Of a stretch of 64,000 nt of DNA, positions 24,680 to 37,129 are shown piece by piece; the stretch's first letter is position 1, and every line of letters starts with the position of its first letter. A model generated the notes under the pieces. That model did not search any database. It had not been told where the DNA came from and saw only the letters and a list, made by a program, of their open reading frames with translations. The DNA is taken from assembly GCF_009834535.1 (NCBI RefSeq), contig NC_045697.1:91638001-91702000 (forward strand), written 5' to 3'. The stretch comes from Camelus ferus. Lineage: Eukaryota. Position numbers and translations under genes: made by a program.

Positions 24680-26545
24680 ACTAAGATTGGATTCCCTGCC
24701 AGCCAGGTGGATGGGAGCATACAGCTGAATATGTCCAAGCATATTTAACTGACTTCTTGACATCTTTAATTGGCTGTCTAATAGGCATTTCAAGCTAAAC
24801 ATATCCAAAACTGGGCTCTTGAATTTCCCCTTGTGTATTGTGATTTCTTATAAGAAATGTAAATTTGATCTTCATCCGCATTTCTAGCACAGAGCTCCTC
24901 AAACCCTTGGAGTTTCCTAAATGTTGAGAAATAAAGGCCTTCTGTTATATGAATGAGGTGACTTTGGAATGCACCAAAGGTAAGGGCTGGTTGCCAGGAA
25001 AACCAACCTTGTGATTAGAGGGTTTGAACTTTCAGTCTCACATCCTCCACTTCCAGGGAAGGAAGTGGTGCTGGAGATTGAGTTCAATAATCAGAATGGC
25101 CAATGATTTAATCAATTAGGGCTATGAAATGGAGCCTCCATAAAAACCCAAAAGGAAAGGATTGGAAGAGCTTCTGGCTTGGAGAACACATGGAGATTTG
25201 GGGGAAATAGTGTGCCTAAAGATGACATGGAAGCACCTCACTCTTTCCCCATCCCTTACCTCATGCTTCTCTTCCATCTGGCTATTCCTGAATTACAACC
25301 TTGTATAATAAACTGGTGATCTAGTGAGTAAACTGTTTCTCTGAGTTCTGTGAGCTGCTCTAGCAAATTAATCAAACCTAAGGAAGGAGTGTCATGGGAA
25401 TCTCTGATTGTATAGCCAGTTGGTCAGAAGCTCAGGTAACAGCCTGAGCTTGTGAATGTCATTTATAATTTGGCTGGGGGAATTCTTGTAGAACTGAATC
25501 CTCAACCTGTGGAATCTGATGCTATATCTTCAGATAGATAGTGTCAGAGTTGAGTTAAATTATAGGACACAAAGCTGGTGTCCCTAGAATTGCTTGCTGG
25601 TATGTAGGGAAGCTCCTTGACCTGCCCCCTCAACCACCCCCCTCAACACGTTGGAATTGGTGACGAGGAAACTTTGTCCTCTCAAATCAGTTCCTCCTAC
25701 AGTCCTTTCCATTTCAGTTATGACCACTCCATTTTTCCCATTATTCAGCCCCAAACCTCAGAGTAAGCCTTGACTCATCTCTCTCTCACACTCCAAATCT
25801 AGTTTTTTTCAGCAAATCCTTTTGACTCTCCTGTATTAGAATTTGGCCATTTCTCAAGACCTCTCCTGACACCACCCTTGTTCAAGCCACCACCGCTTCT
25901 GGATTATTGAAATAGCTTTTGGACTGGTTTCCTGATTCTGCTCTTACTCTCCTTTAGTTTATTTTCATTGTTAAGGCCAGGTTGGCCCTGTTGAGTATGG
26001 GTCAGATTATGTCACCCCTCTGTTCAGAATACTTCAGTGCCTTCACATTTCATTCAGAAAAAGTCTTAACCATGACCTAGGAACCCCATGGCATCTGGGT
26101 CCTCACTTTACTTCTTGATTTCATTACTACTGCTCTCAACTTTTTCCCTTAGCTCCCACCGCCAGGCTTCTTGCTTCCACCTGCAGTCCAGGGTCTCTGA
26201 ACTTTCTATCCCCTTTATGAAATGCTCTTCTTCCAGATACTTGCATGGCTAATTGATCTCACTTCCTTTCCATCTTAACTAAAAGTCACTTTTTCAGTGA
26301 GGTCTTCCTTGGCTACCTTGTCCAAAATATAATCTCCTCACACCCTCAAGAGTTCACATCCCCTTCCTCGTTTAATTTTTCCCCTTCGAACATAGCACTA
26401 ACATATCTCTTACTCATTTGTCATGTGCATTGTCTATGTTCCTCACCAGAATGTTAGCCCTCTATGAGGGCAGGGATTATTATCTTATTATACCTAGTCC
26501 AGTTCTTGGTACTCAAGAAATGCTTTCTGAATTTATGAATTCATG
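24680..26545 (+). mobile_element. L2 (L2a-like), split by a MER21-like LTR
   Basis: 'ttggctgtctaataggcatttcaagctaaacatatccaaaactgggctcttg' precedes the LTR. L2 body continues from about 25680 to a 3' end at 'tgctttctgaatttatgaat'. Confidence 0.85.
24832..25670 (+). mobile_element. MER21-family solo LTR
   Basis: 'cacagagctcctcaaacccttggagtttcct', 'gtgattagagggtttgaactttcag', 'ggccaatgatttaatcaat', 'ctgagttctgtgagctgctctagcaaatta', 'agatagtgtcagagttgagttaaatt'. Confidence 0.9.
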
Positions 26546-27061
26546 GAACTAAAAGAATGTGATATGACTTGTAGGGATGTGCATGACATTCATACTCACT
26601 GTAACAATGTTTGGATTATAGTAAATGTTAGTTAAATTTGTATCTATTTTTACCAGCAGGCAGATAAAATAAATAAATTAGTAGTACAGCCTGCCAATTA
26701 AATGTCCAAGGCACTTAAAATACTTAAAATCAAGATTGTTTGTCACTGATCTTGTCAGTTTGACCTAGGACATATAAGCTACACAGGATGCTCTCTGTGT
26801 ATTGTAATGTATTGTATTTATTTATATAAATTCATCCGAGCTGGTATCATTAGGTGATGGCCCCACTGTTTAGCCATTATCTGTTAGTTACTCTGTCATC
26901 TGTGATGCATATTGAATTCCCACATGTTCATTGGATTCATTGAGACCAATGGCTGGTGGACTGGTACATTGGATTGGTGTGGATCTCTCCAGAAATATTC
27001 ATCCAGGACTATTTTTTATCTTCCTACTCAGGAACTCTTTTTCTTTTGTGGAGCTGTATGT

Positions 27062-27170
27062 CCTTATTTCATTCCTGACACATAAATGAATGCCTTTTAG
27101 GGTCCAAAAGTGTACACTAAGATACAAAAGCACATAACAGTGGCTGCCCTCAAGGAACCTTTATTTCTGG
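27062..27170 (-). mobile_element. L2 3' end
   Basis: 'ttcattcctgacacataaatgaatgcc...gatacaaaag...ctgccctcaaggaacctt'. Confidence 0.6.
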
Positions 27171-27715
27171 CTTAACTTCACTCAGTTTATTAGTTCTGCA
27201 TTCAGTTAAAAGGTGGAAAGTTTGAAATTGCCATGAACTCCAGCTTTTCCTGGAAGAGGTATCCGTAAACACTGAAAATGACCTCACAGAAAAAGATAAG
27301 GGATTTCAAAAGGTCTGAGAGTGGAAGAGTCAAAAGCTTGAATGGTCAGGGAAAAGGACCTAATGGTTACATCGGTGCATGCAGGCAGGTAGGAGGTAAT
27401 AATTTACATGGAATAGTGATTTTAGTTTGTTTGATTTAGGAACACATATCTGGGTGCATATTCTTTTGGTGCTGATAGTCATGTTGGAAACATCCATGCA
27501 TTGACTATGCAGAAGTAAAAACTGGAACAGGTAAAAACTAGCTCTGTAACAGAATCTTAAACACACTATTTCTGACATTTTTTTAGCTCTATAAAAATTG
27601 AGTTAATGAAAATAGTAATTGGCCTCCCTTCAGAAGCTGTTGACTTAAAAAAAAATTAAGTTAAAAGAAGTGGAGGCAAAGGATTCCTCTGTTTAAAATT
27701 TAAAAAACAAGGCCT

Positions 27716-28125
27716 TGTGGTAGGTAGAATAATGGGCCCCCCAATAATGTCCCCATTCTAGTAGTCCCTAGGACCTGCATGTTACCATACGTGGCAAAAG
27801 GGAATTTGCAGATGTGATTAAGTCAAGGACCTTGAAAAGGGAGAGATTATCCTGGATTATCTGGATGGGCCCAGTGCAATCGCATGAAGCATGAAGCAGG
27901 ATGGCTGGAGGAGATGCAGAGGTTGGAGTGATGTGGACATGAGCCCCCTCTAGAAGCTGGAAAAAGCAAGGAAAAGTTTTCCCCCCTAGAGCTTCGGAAG
28001 GAATGCTCATCTATTGACCTATTTTAGACTGCTGACCTCCATGACTGTCAAATAATGAATCTGTATTGTTTCAAGTCACTAATGTTGTGGTACTTTGTTA
28101 ATAGCAGCAATAGGAAACTAATACA
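27716..28125 (+). mobile_element. MaLR solo LTR, MLT1C/D-like
   Basis: TG...CA termini ('tgtggtaggtagaataatgg' ... 'ggaaactaataca'), 5-bp TSD ggcct/ggccc, and diagnostic 'gagattatcctggattatc'. Confidence 0.93.
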
Positions 28126-30519
28126 GGCCCTGAAAGCAGATCTTTAGAATTGTTGAATGATTGAATCAAGATAATTTTCTCAGTTTTATTTGTGTTTTCC
28201 TTCCGTAAAGTATTCATAGATTTAATGAAGTAAACACTATATCTCTTCTGATCAGTGATGCCAAGTGGCTGATATTAGTAATTATCTGGATTTACAAAGT
28301 GCTTTTTACTCCTAGAAAAAACTGAATATATCAGATACTTGTTTTGAATGACCATATAGTCTTTGTTCAATGAGCATCTGCTTAACCTCTGTCCAGGTGG
28401 CTGATAAATGAATAAATAAGCAGCATAGCCTGCCAATTAAGTTTCCAAGGCATTTAAAATGTATGAAGTAAAAAGAGAGACAGTAGGCTTCTTTCAAGTC
28501 TTGCAATTTTCAGAATGTTTAAAGCACCAATCTTTTAGGATTCATTCTTGTGGTAAAGACTGTAACAAAATCAGGAAAAATGGAGCTATTTGAACACATT
28601 TTTGAGTTAGAGACTAGAATAAGAATGGACAAACAGTATGAAACCTTTGTACTATTTTTACAAGTCATTCTCATTAAAGTCTGAAGACTGTAGAGCTATT
28701 GGGCTCCTTCAAGGATAATGTCCCCCCTACTGTTATATTTCTTCCAATGAAACCCATCTGTGAGTTTTTGCAGGATGTTCATGACATGCATTTAAATTGC
28801 CTGTTGTGTTCCAGAAACCTCTTCTTCCTGCAAACAAGTGGTGACCTCTCTGCTCTATGTTCATTCAGGGGACAGCCACTGTACATCATCCCAGGCAGGC
28901 AGCCAAATGATGGCCACATCCTGTTCATTGCAAAAATACACATTTTCATTAAACCAAGATAATTAGAAAAAGTAGCATAGAGGAATATGAGTAATTCCAT
29001 CAGTAATTACAGCAATTATGCCCTTAATTGCCATGCCACCTCCAGTGTCACATTATATATATATATACTGGCATTTTACAGAGAAAACACTCGTATATTT
29101 TATATTAAAGATATACCTGGTTACTTCAGGTACCTCTAGTGGTTAAAAGATAATTGAGGTAGTATTGTTTCACCCTTGCAATAATCAAAGCAAAATGCAC
29201 CATATTATCCTCATTGTTGTCAGTACTGGTTGCTTTTTCAAGACTTGAATTTCTATGTATTCTAGAAATACAAAAAGATAAAAAACAGTACACTAGAAAC
29301 CATCATTGCTTCAAGTTTCTTCCAAAATTGGTGAAAAATGGTTTCTCAAATTTTGCAATAAAGAGAAAAATACTATTAGATGTTTCTTCGATCGTTTTCC
29401 TAGGGCATATGCTTACTGTTAACCTATTAAAATTTTAAAATATTTACTTTTGAATTTGACTTTCCAGTCTCTTATTTCTCTGCTAGTGTATCAAAAATAA
29501 ATCTTTATGTTCTTCACACAGTATTCTTGGAATAGGAGAGTCAAACAAGGCTGCATTGCTTTCTCTGACTATTGAGCTGATATCTCTTCCTTAACCTGCA
29601 GCCTAGAGTAAGTGGTAAGGAAAAGACTTGAAGTTCATTTGTCCTCTTGTTCAGCTATTAGGAGTGACTTTGGACTTTGTTCCTTGCCACCACGCTTCCT
29701 GGTAGAAGTCAACCCTTGGGATGTGATACGGTTCATCCCTGTGAGACAGGAGGCAGAGCTGAGCTGCATGGGAAAGATGCCCTGTTTTGCATTCCGCTAA
29801 GGCAGATTTTCATAGCGTTTGGCTTTTTGATTCAAAATTTTGTATTTGATTGGGATGATTTTATAATTTTACAATAAAAGACACTCGCATGTTCATGGCT
29901 GTTCTCCATATACCTGTCCTCACCTCACTGAGTGGTCTCAAGTTGCCTCAGTGGCTGCAAGGCCAGGAAGAGAGTCCTGGCAGCACAATCACAAACTGCC
30001 AGGCACCACGTGGGCAGAAGGTGCTTTACTGTTCCCTTGACCTGGGGTTTCACTTTCACTTGCTGGTAGAACAAGTGAAGTTATGTGAATTCACAAATAT
30101 CTAGTTGATTTACATTAAAACCTAAGACCATGTCAGTTTGAGCTACAGTGGCTCTGTAGTTCTCCCAGGAGAACTCAGAAGTTCTCCCAGGCAGAGAGAA
30201 TTTAATCACAGCGTGTAACTGAGACAAGCCTCTCATAGGAGCGTCCTTTATCCCATGCACAAATCCCTCCCAGGTACCTTATAAGGCCTTCCATGAAGGT
30301 GAATATAGCTGGAACATGTGTTGCTCTCTCCCTGATTACTCTCTATTCACTTTGCAGGTAGATTTTCTCATTATGTCACTCTTAACATGGGTGACATTCA
30401 ACTGTGTTCTTGGGTGATAACATCTCACTTTTGTATTTTCAGGAATGCAAACCTCTGGTAGATTCTTTCTCTTAATTTTGTCTGTTCATCCTCAATATCA
30501 TGCTGATCTCTGCTACTCA

Positions 30520-30690
30520 CTTGACCAAATGACTGAAACTTTCCTTTTCTCAGTTTCCTCATCTATAAAAACAAGGATAACAGTGCCTACTTCATGGAGT
30601 CATTGTAAGGATTCAATGAGTTAAAATTCAAGTGCTTAGATGATGTCTGATATATAGTTAGTGCTCAAAAAAGCTAAGCGAACTTTGTCA
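30520..30690 (+). mobile_element. MIR
   Basis: Core 'ctcagtttcctcatctataaaaacaaggataacagtgcctacttcatggagtcattgtaaggatt'. Confidence 0.85.
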
Positions 30691-30864
30691 TCATGATTAA
30701 TGTTACCCTGAATTACTAAACATACACATTCTCTGTTTCTTAAACCCTTTACCTCTTTAGATACAATATATCTTTTTCTGATCAAGATTTTTCATTTATT
30801 TAAGCACAGGTATTGAACCCATTTAAAAGCCCTAAACAGGTGCTTTTCAGGTGATCTACAGATC

Positions 30865-31120
30865 TTAAATGTAGGAGCTTAGTTTCTGTAGTTAGACAGC
30901 CAGGTACAAATTTGTCTTTATGCATTAGCTCTGTGATCCTGAATAAATTACTTAATCTCTCTGAGCCTCAATTTCCTCATCGGTAAAGCAGGAGTGATAA
31001 TAAAAAATATGCCTTCATATGGTTATTATGAGGATAAAATGAGAAAAAAAAATCCATTAAATGTGCTCATCTAAATAGGTTCCTAGTATAGAGGAAGTGT
31101 TCAATGAGTATTTAAGTATA
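30865..31120 (+). mobile_element. MIR
   Basis: 'agctctgtgatcctgaataaattacttaatctctctgagcctcaatttcctcatcggtaaa'. Confidence 0.88.
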
Positions 31121-31209
31121 TTCTTACTTTTCAATTAGATTATAGATGATACTTTATATTTTGGGTCATGGACAACAAAGAATTGATCCTCTGTATTTTC
31201 CAATATGAT

Positions 31210-32780
31210 TATTTTTCTTTCCTTCTCTGTTTTATTGAGGTAAAATTTACATACAGCAAAATGCACAAATCTTATAGGTATAGGTGAGCTTAGACAAATG
31301 TGACTAACATTTGTCCGTGTGAATAACAACTCAAACAAGATATAGAACATTTCCAGTATTCCAGAAAGTTCTACTGAGCCTCCTTCCAGTCAGTTTCTAC
31401 CCCCTGATAGGCAACCACTGCTCTGATTTCTAGCACCACAGATCAGTTTTGTCTGTTTTTGAACTTAATTTGTGTGATAGAATAATAGACGTGATAACTG
31501 AATGTTATGTTTTCATGGTTTATTTTGTATTGTTGCAGGTTATCAGTAATTCATTTTCAAAAAATACTCATTAGAATTCCATTCTATGACAATACCCCTT
31601 TTGTTCATCCATTTTCCTGTTGATAGTATGTGGGTTATTTTTTACTTTTTGGCTATTATAAATAAAGTTGCTATAAACATTTCTGTACAAGTCTTTGTGT
31701 GGACATGTTTTCATTTCTCTTTGGTAAATACTTAAGAATTGAATAGATCATAGGGTAGGTATATGTTTAACTTAAAACACTGGCATACAGTTTTCCAGTG
31801 TAGTTGTATGTATCATTTTAGACTCCTACTACCAATCTATGAGAGTCTTTTTAATTTTAGCTGTTCTAGTGAGTATGCAGTGGTGCCTCATTCTGGTTTT
31901 AATTTGCAGTCCCTGCTGACTAATGATGTTGAACATTCTTTCATGTACTTATTGGTCATTCTTTATCTTCTTTGTGAAGTGTGAATTCTATATTTTCTCT
32001 GTAAAGTGTGAATTCGAAACATTTTCCATTTTTAAAATTGGGTTGTTTGTCTTTTTATCATTGAATTTTAAAAGTATATTTAGGATGTAAGTCCTTTGTG
32101 AGTTAAGAATAGTGCAAATATTGTTTCCCTCTCTGTAGTTTCCTCTTTTGTTTTCTTAATGATGTCTTTGGATGAGTTTTAAATTTTGATAAAGTTAGTA
32201 TTTCACGGTTAGTACTTTTTGTGTTCCCTAAAAAACCTTTTTCTACCCCACGTCATAGAAATAGTCATCTGTTTGTTCTTCTAAAGCCTTTAGAATTTTA
32301 GCTTTAAATTTGGGACTATATTCATCTCAAATCAAATTTGTACATGGTGTGAGGAAGGGGTCAAAGGTCTTTTTTCATGCATTTATATAGCTATTCCAGT
32401 GCTATTGGTTGAAAAGACTTTCTTTCTCCATTGATTTGCCTTGGATTTTTGTCTGAAACACATTCACCATATGTATTGCTCTATTTTTGAACACTTTATT
32501 CGGTTCCATTAATGTGTTTGCCCATTGTTATTTCATTACAATACTGTCTTGTATTGTAAATGGTATTGGTTTTTGAATTACTTTTTCCAGTTGTTTGTTA
32601 CTAGTATATAGCAATACAGTCAATTTTTTGTATGTTGATTTTATATCCTTACTTTGCCAAATTTGTTAGTTCTAGAAGTAGCTGTTCTGTAGATTCCTTA
32701 TGATTTTCTACATTCACCATCATTTATATGCAAATAAAACAGTTTTATTTTTTCCTTTCTAATCTTGATGGCTTTCTCCA
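31210..32780 (-). mobile_element. Old L1 (L1MC/MD-like) 3'UTR and ORF2 end
   Basis: 'ttttattgaggtaaaatttacatacagcaaaatgcacaaatctta', 'ggcaaccactgctctgatttct', 'aaagttgctataaacatttctgtacaagtctttgtgtggacat'. Confidence 0.88.
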
Positions 32781-34719
32781 TTCAATTCAACTGATGATTT
32801 TTATGATAAACTGAACTCAATTTACCTGAGGAAAAGAAATACTCAACAACTGATTATTTCTATTGCTTTTCACTCTAAAAAGGGTTTGGGAAGCATACTT
32901 GATGAGGATGTACTACAAAAGTCATCTTCAGGAATATTTCACTGAAAGAAAAATCCTTCAGTTTGCAAAAACCTAGAGAGATGAGTTCTATTGATGCTGC
33001 TCTTAACTAGTTACCCAGGGAGCTAGTGATTAACCATTTGTTCCATGAACAGTTGGAAGTAAAGTTATCTCATGAGTTTGACTTTCAATGTTAGGATTTC
33101 ACGTTACTACAAAACGTTGAACTTCACAGCTTTTCCTATCCTTAGGCCTCCCTGTCTTTCTACAGGTGTTATTAACCTCATTTCAGACTGAAGACAATTT
33201 TCAGCAGCATTGCAAAGAAAAAGATTGATAAGAATTTCTATCCTGGGCTACTCCCTCTTTTACCAGATACTGTGAGTTATCTAAATTAATCCAAATGATG
33301 ACACTCCCCCACAGAAAGAGGAAATTAAAACTTTAAATCAACCCATCATGTTTTCTGCGTGTGTGCTTAGGCTCCAATGGAGAAGGTTCCTTGGATGCTC
33401 TTTCATTATCTTAGGCAAATAAGCAGCAGGGGCTTCTGTGTAAATATGCAAATGCACACACTGAATTAAGGCCTATTGTTTGCTTAGTTAATATGTGCTT
33501 TGGAGGAGGCATTACTTGCTTATAAAGCTCTGAAATCCCTTTGTAGATACATCATCTTGGACTGACAGCTTTGAGAGGTGGAAGTTGATGGAATACTTGC
33601 TCTAGCAGCCCTGCTTGAAGTGCCTTGGCACGGCTGGTGGGGAGGGGGTTGCTGATGGGTGATGCTTCTTTCTGTCACCCCAGCAATGGCACAACCAGAA
33701 ATAGCAGACAGCATGTGAAGAGACGATGATAGAGTATGAGGGATACACAGAATGAAAATTACCCAGAATATGGCAGCCTTCTCCCTGAATAATTGAGAAC
33801 TGGCTGAACAGTCACTCACAGAGAGGCACAAAGCAGGGATCTTTTTATAGGTGTGCTTGCAGGAATGACTCCCCGCACTCAGCAGAGAGGGAGTACATGA
33901 AGGGCTGACCTATTGCTTATGTCTCTATCCAGCTCATAGTTTCCAAAAGAATGATAGAGGAGAGAGAGCTGTTGGTTTTTTGCTGAATTACGGCCATCTG
34001 GCTATTATAAGTACAGACAATTAGAGATAATCACAACTTCCTTTCTCCTCTCTTCCAGAAGTTGGCATGCTGAAATTTGGGCTTGTGGTCTTGTATTTGG
34101 GAACCCAGCAGGTGTATTCCGAGTCCTTCTGTGTAAAGAAATGTGGTCTCAGAATAGCACTGCATATATTCAACCCAGATGAATGATCTGTAGGTAATCA
34201 AAAACTTGGCCTGATACAGTTAAATGTCACCTTGACCTAAGTTAGGAGCACTAGATTTTCTTTTAATGATGGGAGACTTTAAATTAGGAAGTGCATGGAC
34301 AAGAGCACTCTTGCCTGTGGTCTCCTGTGGATGTGTATCTTACAACTGACGGCTCCATTAAATGAGTGGTGCAAGCCTTTAGTCTCAGGCTTTCTTTTAC
34401 TTCTGCCTCTGGTGAGTGCTCAAGAATACAGAGGCTATAATAACAAGACAGAAGTAATTTGAATAAAAAGTTGAGGATAAAAAGAATGAGCTTACTTACT
34501 TTGATGAATTTGCTAAGAAAAGTATATCCGACTTTGGCACTTTTTTTTTTTTGGTCAATTTGTTTGAGAGGAAGTTATAGAATCAAAAGTTTTGAAAACT
34601 GTGACACACTAAGTGAATTCATAAGCCAACTTTCTCTGTGAAACAAAGCTCAAAGGTACAAAAGCACAAAGTAAGGTTTCTGTGCCTGCCGCAAACTCAC
34701 TCCCTTGAAGTTGTCCTAT

Positions 34720-35115
34720 TGCTTTTATAAGCCAAATTGTAGCATAGCCAATGGGCAGATAGAAGCAGGTGGGGTCCCACTGTGGACATATTCCATCTGT
34801 AGGCCATTAGGAGTCTGCTCCGGCCGCCCTGTGTCGTTCTCATTAAATACTAATCAAAAGGCTGGGGCTCATCTCTTCTGCAGTGCTCCCTATTTCTTTT
34901 AATGCACCTGCAAATAAAATGAAATGGGCTTAATGGACTGAGGCTTTGACTGATTCTCATAGCTCTGCTGCATGGTCACTAGTTGCTCCTCTTGGTAATT
35001 TACAAGGTTTCCTGCCGTATGATAAAACACAGGTGCTCGGGCTGTCATCCAGAGCGATGATTTATTAGCTTTAGTGGTACCGCAGACCTCAGGCAGCAGG
35101 CACTAAATCAAGAGA
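34720..35115. promoter_or_regulatory. Candidate conserved enhancer with a MEIS plus PBX-HOX composite
   Basis: No recognisable repeat; seven retained CpGs at 34821-35083; CTGTCA at 35042-35047 next to TGATTTAT at 35058-35065. Motif-only evidence. Confidence 0.4.
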
Positions 35116-36959
35116 ATATATACTGAAATAATATGTTTTCCAATGATGACCCATGGAGACTCTTTAGTTGTTCATGCCCTTTACCCACTGCTGTTGGTTT
35201 TGCCATTTCTCCTCATTATTTTAAAGCCCACAGGATTCACTTCCTGTCTTAATTTCTCACCTGCCAGGATGGCCTCACCACCAGCTTTATTGCTATAGAT
35301 TTCTAGTTGATCCCTTACACCATCTAAGAATTCAAGCTAATGAGGAGGAGAAAGGGAACCTCAGGGTTTTTTTTTCAGGCCTCAGGGACACTCAGAATTC
35401 CTATTCCAGGCTTTACTTTGGTATGATTGCCAGACAACAAAAGCTCATGTTGTCCTTTAAAAAAAAACAAAAACCCTGCTTTGAGGTTAAATATGTATGG
35501 ACATTCATTTGGAACATTTCATCTACTGAATATTTCTTCATGGAAATTTGTTAAGAGGTCCTGCCTTCCTGTTTTTGTGACAGTGACTATCAATCAAAGT
35601 GACTTCTTGTTGATTAACCAAGAGCCCTATGAACAGATCAGAGAAATCTTTAATTACTATTAAATGCTTGCCAAACATCGGCACAGAGAAGAATCACTCA
35701 GTCAATCAAAGTGGAAGCATGGTGTGGATTCTGAATTTTAATGAGAGGACAGTTAAAAGATGTGAAGGGAGTCCTAATAGGTAAGAAAGTGATTATAAGC
35801 AAAATGTCCAAAATCATACCGAAAACTGAAAAAAGCAGGACTAGAACAGAAAAGTCAATGATGTAAGATACTAAGATAACAAAAATGATCATTAATTTTA
35901 TACAACAGATAACAAAATCCAGAACTTTGCCCTCATAGAATAAAATAGGGAGATTCAAAGCTTCAGTCTAAGCCATGGGGAGTCAGCGACCATTGCCTTG
36001 CACGGGTAGCTGTGGGATGACAGGTGCAGAGCAGGCATGACTGAGCAGTGGAATCAGGGAGGTGCGAGAATATTCATGACTGAGGATCTCGGGATTTGCC
36101 AGCCCCAAAGTGAGTTAGCCAAGAGGTGAAAACAATGAGGACAGTGACCACGCAGGAAGGAGATTTTTGAGTACCCTCAAAGGCAACAGCTACCCAATTT
36201 GTTAAAATGGAGAAGTGGAAACATATGATTTCTCAAGGTGATATTCAAAATGTTCAAAGACTGATGAGGCGTGGCCCTGACCCTTTAGAATGGATGCTAG
36301 TCATGACCTGGAGCAGGACCCTGGATGTCCCTGCTGGGACAGCAGTAGACCCTTAGTGGCTATATCATGGGGAGGTCTGGAAGTCCCAGGAGAAGGCTGG
36401 GCAGCCAGGGATGTGAGCAGCTCTTGCAGGTTTCAGGGCAGTGGCTTCCTACCAACCATTAAGAAAAGATTTCAATATGTTGACAACATTTTCCATGGAA
36501 CCAGGGTGTACTGGTTGATTGTACTGTCAAATTTCTCTTTTATGATGTTAATTCATGATGTTGCAGAAAATCTCCCCTTTATCTTTTCCTCGTAAGTTAT
36601 ATGAGAGAAAGAACTGAGATTTTTAAGATCAAATAAACATTGTGAGGCAATGACTTTCCTCTTCCAAGTCCCTTCATGCCCAGCAAAAAAGCAACAGTGA
36701 ATTCCGTGGCAGCAATGAGAAACAACTGTCTACCGTTCCCCACCAGCTCTGTAACCAATCTCTCACAACCAGCTTTTAATTCTTCTACATTTCTTGCTGC
36801 TATCTGTTGGTTTTTAGACTGAAGATTAATTCTGCTATTATATCAGACATGTCAACTACTCAAGTTTTAAATACTAACAAACACAATCTTCACTGTCTTT
36901 GAGAAAAGAAACTGACTAAAAGAGCTAGAAGGGAACTTGAGAAACTACACAATTTTCTA

Positions 36960-37025
36960 ATGGGGCATTGTGCAGAGTAGGTACTCAAAAATATTTGTTG
37001 AATAAATAAATGAGTAAATGGATGC
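36960..37025 (+). mobile_element. L2 3' end
   Basis: 'gcagagtaggtactcaaaaatatttgttgaataaataaatgagtaaatgga'. Confidence 0.7.
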
Positions 37026-37129
37026 GATAGAATTATACTTAAGTTATACAGTCAGAAAGAATACCTATCATCATCTGTCTTGTTATTCTTAGTATTATAA
37101 AATCAATATGAACAAGTTTAAAAAGTATA

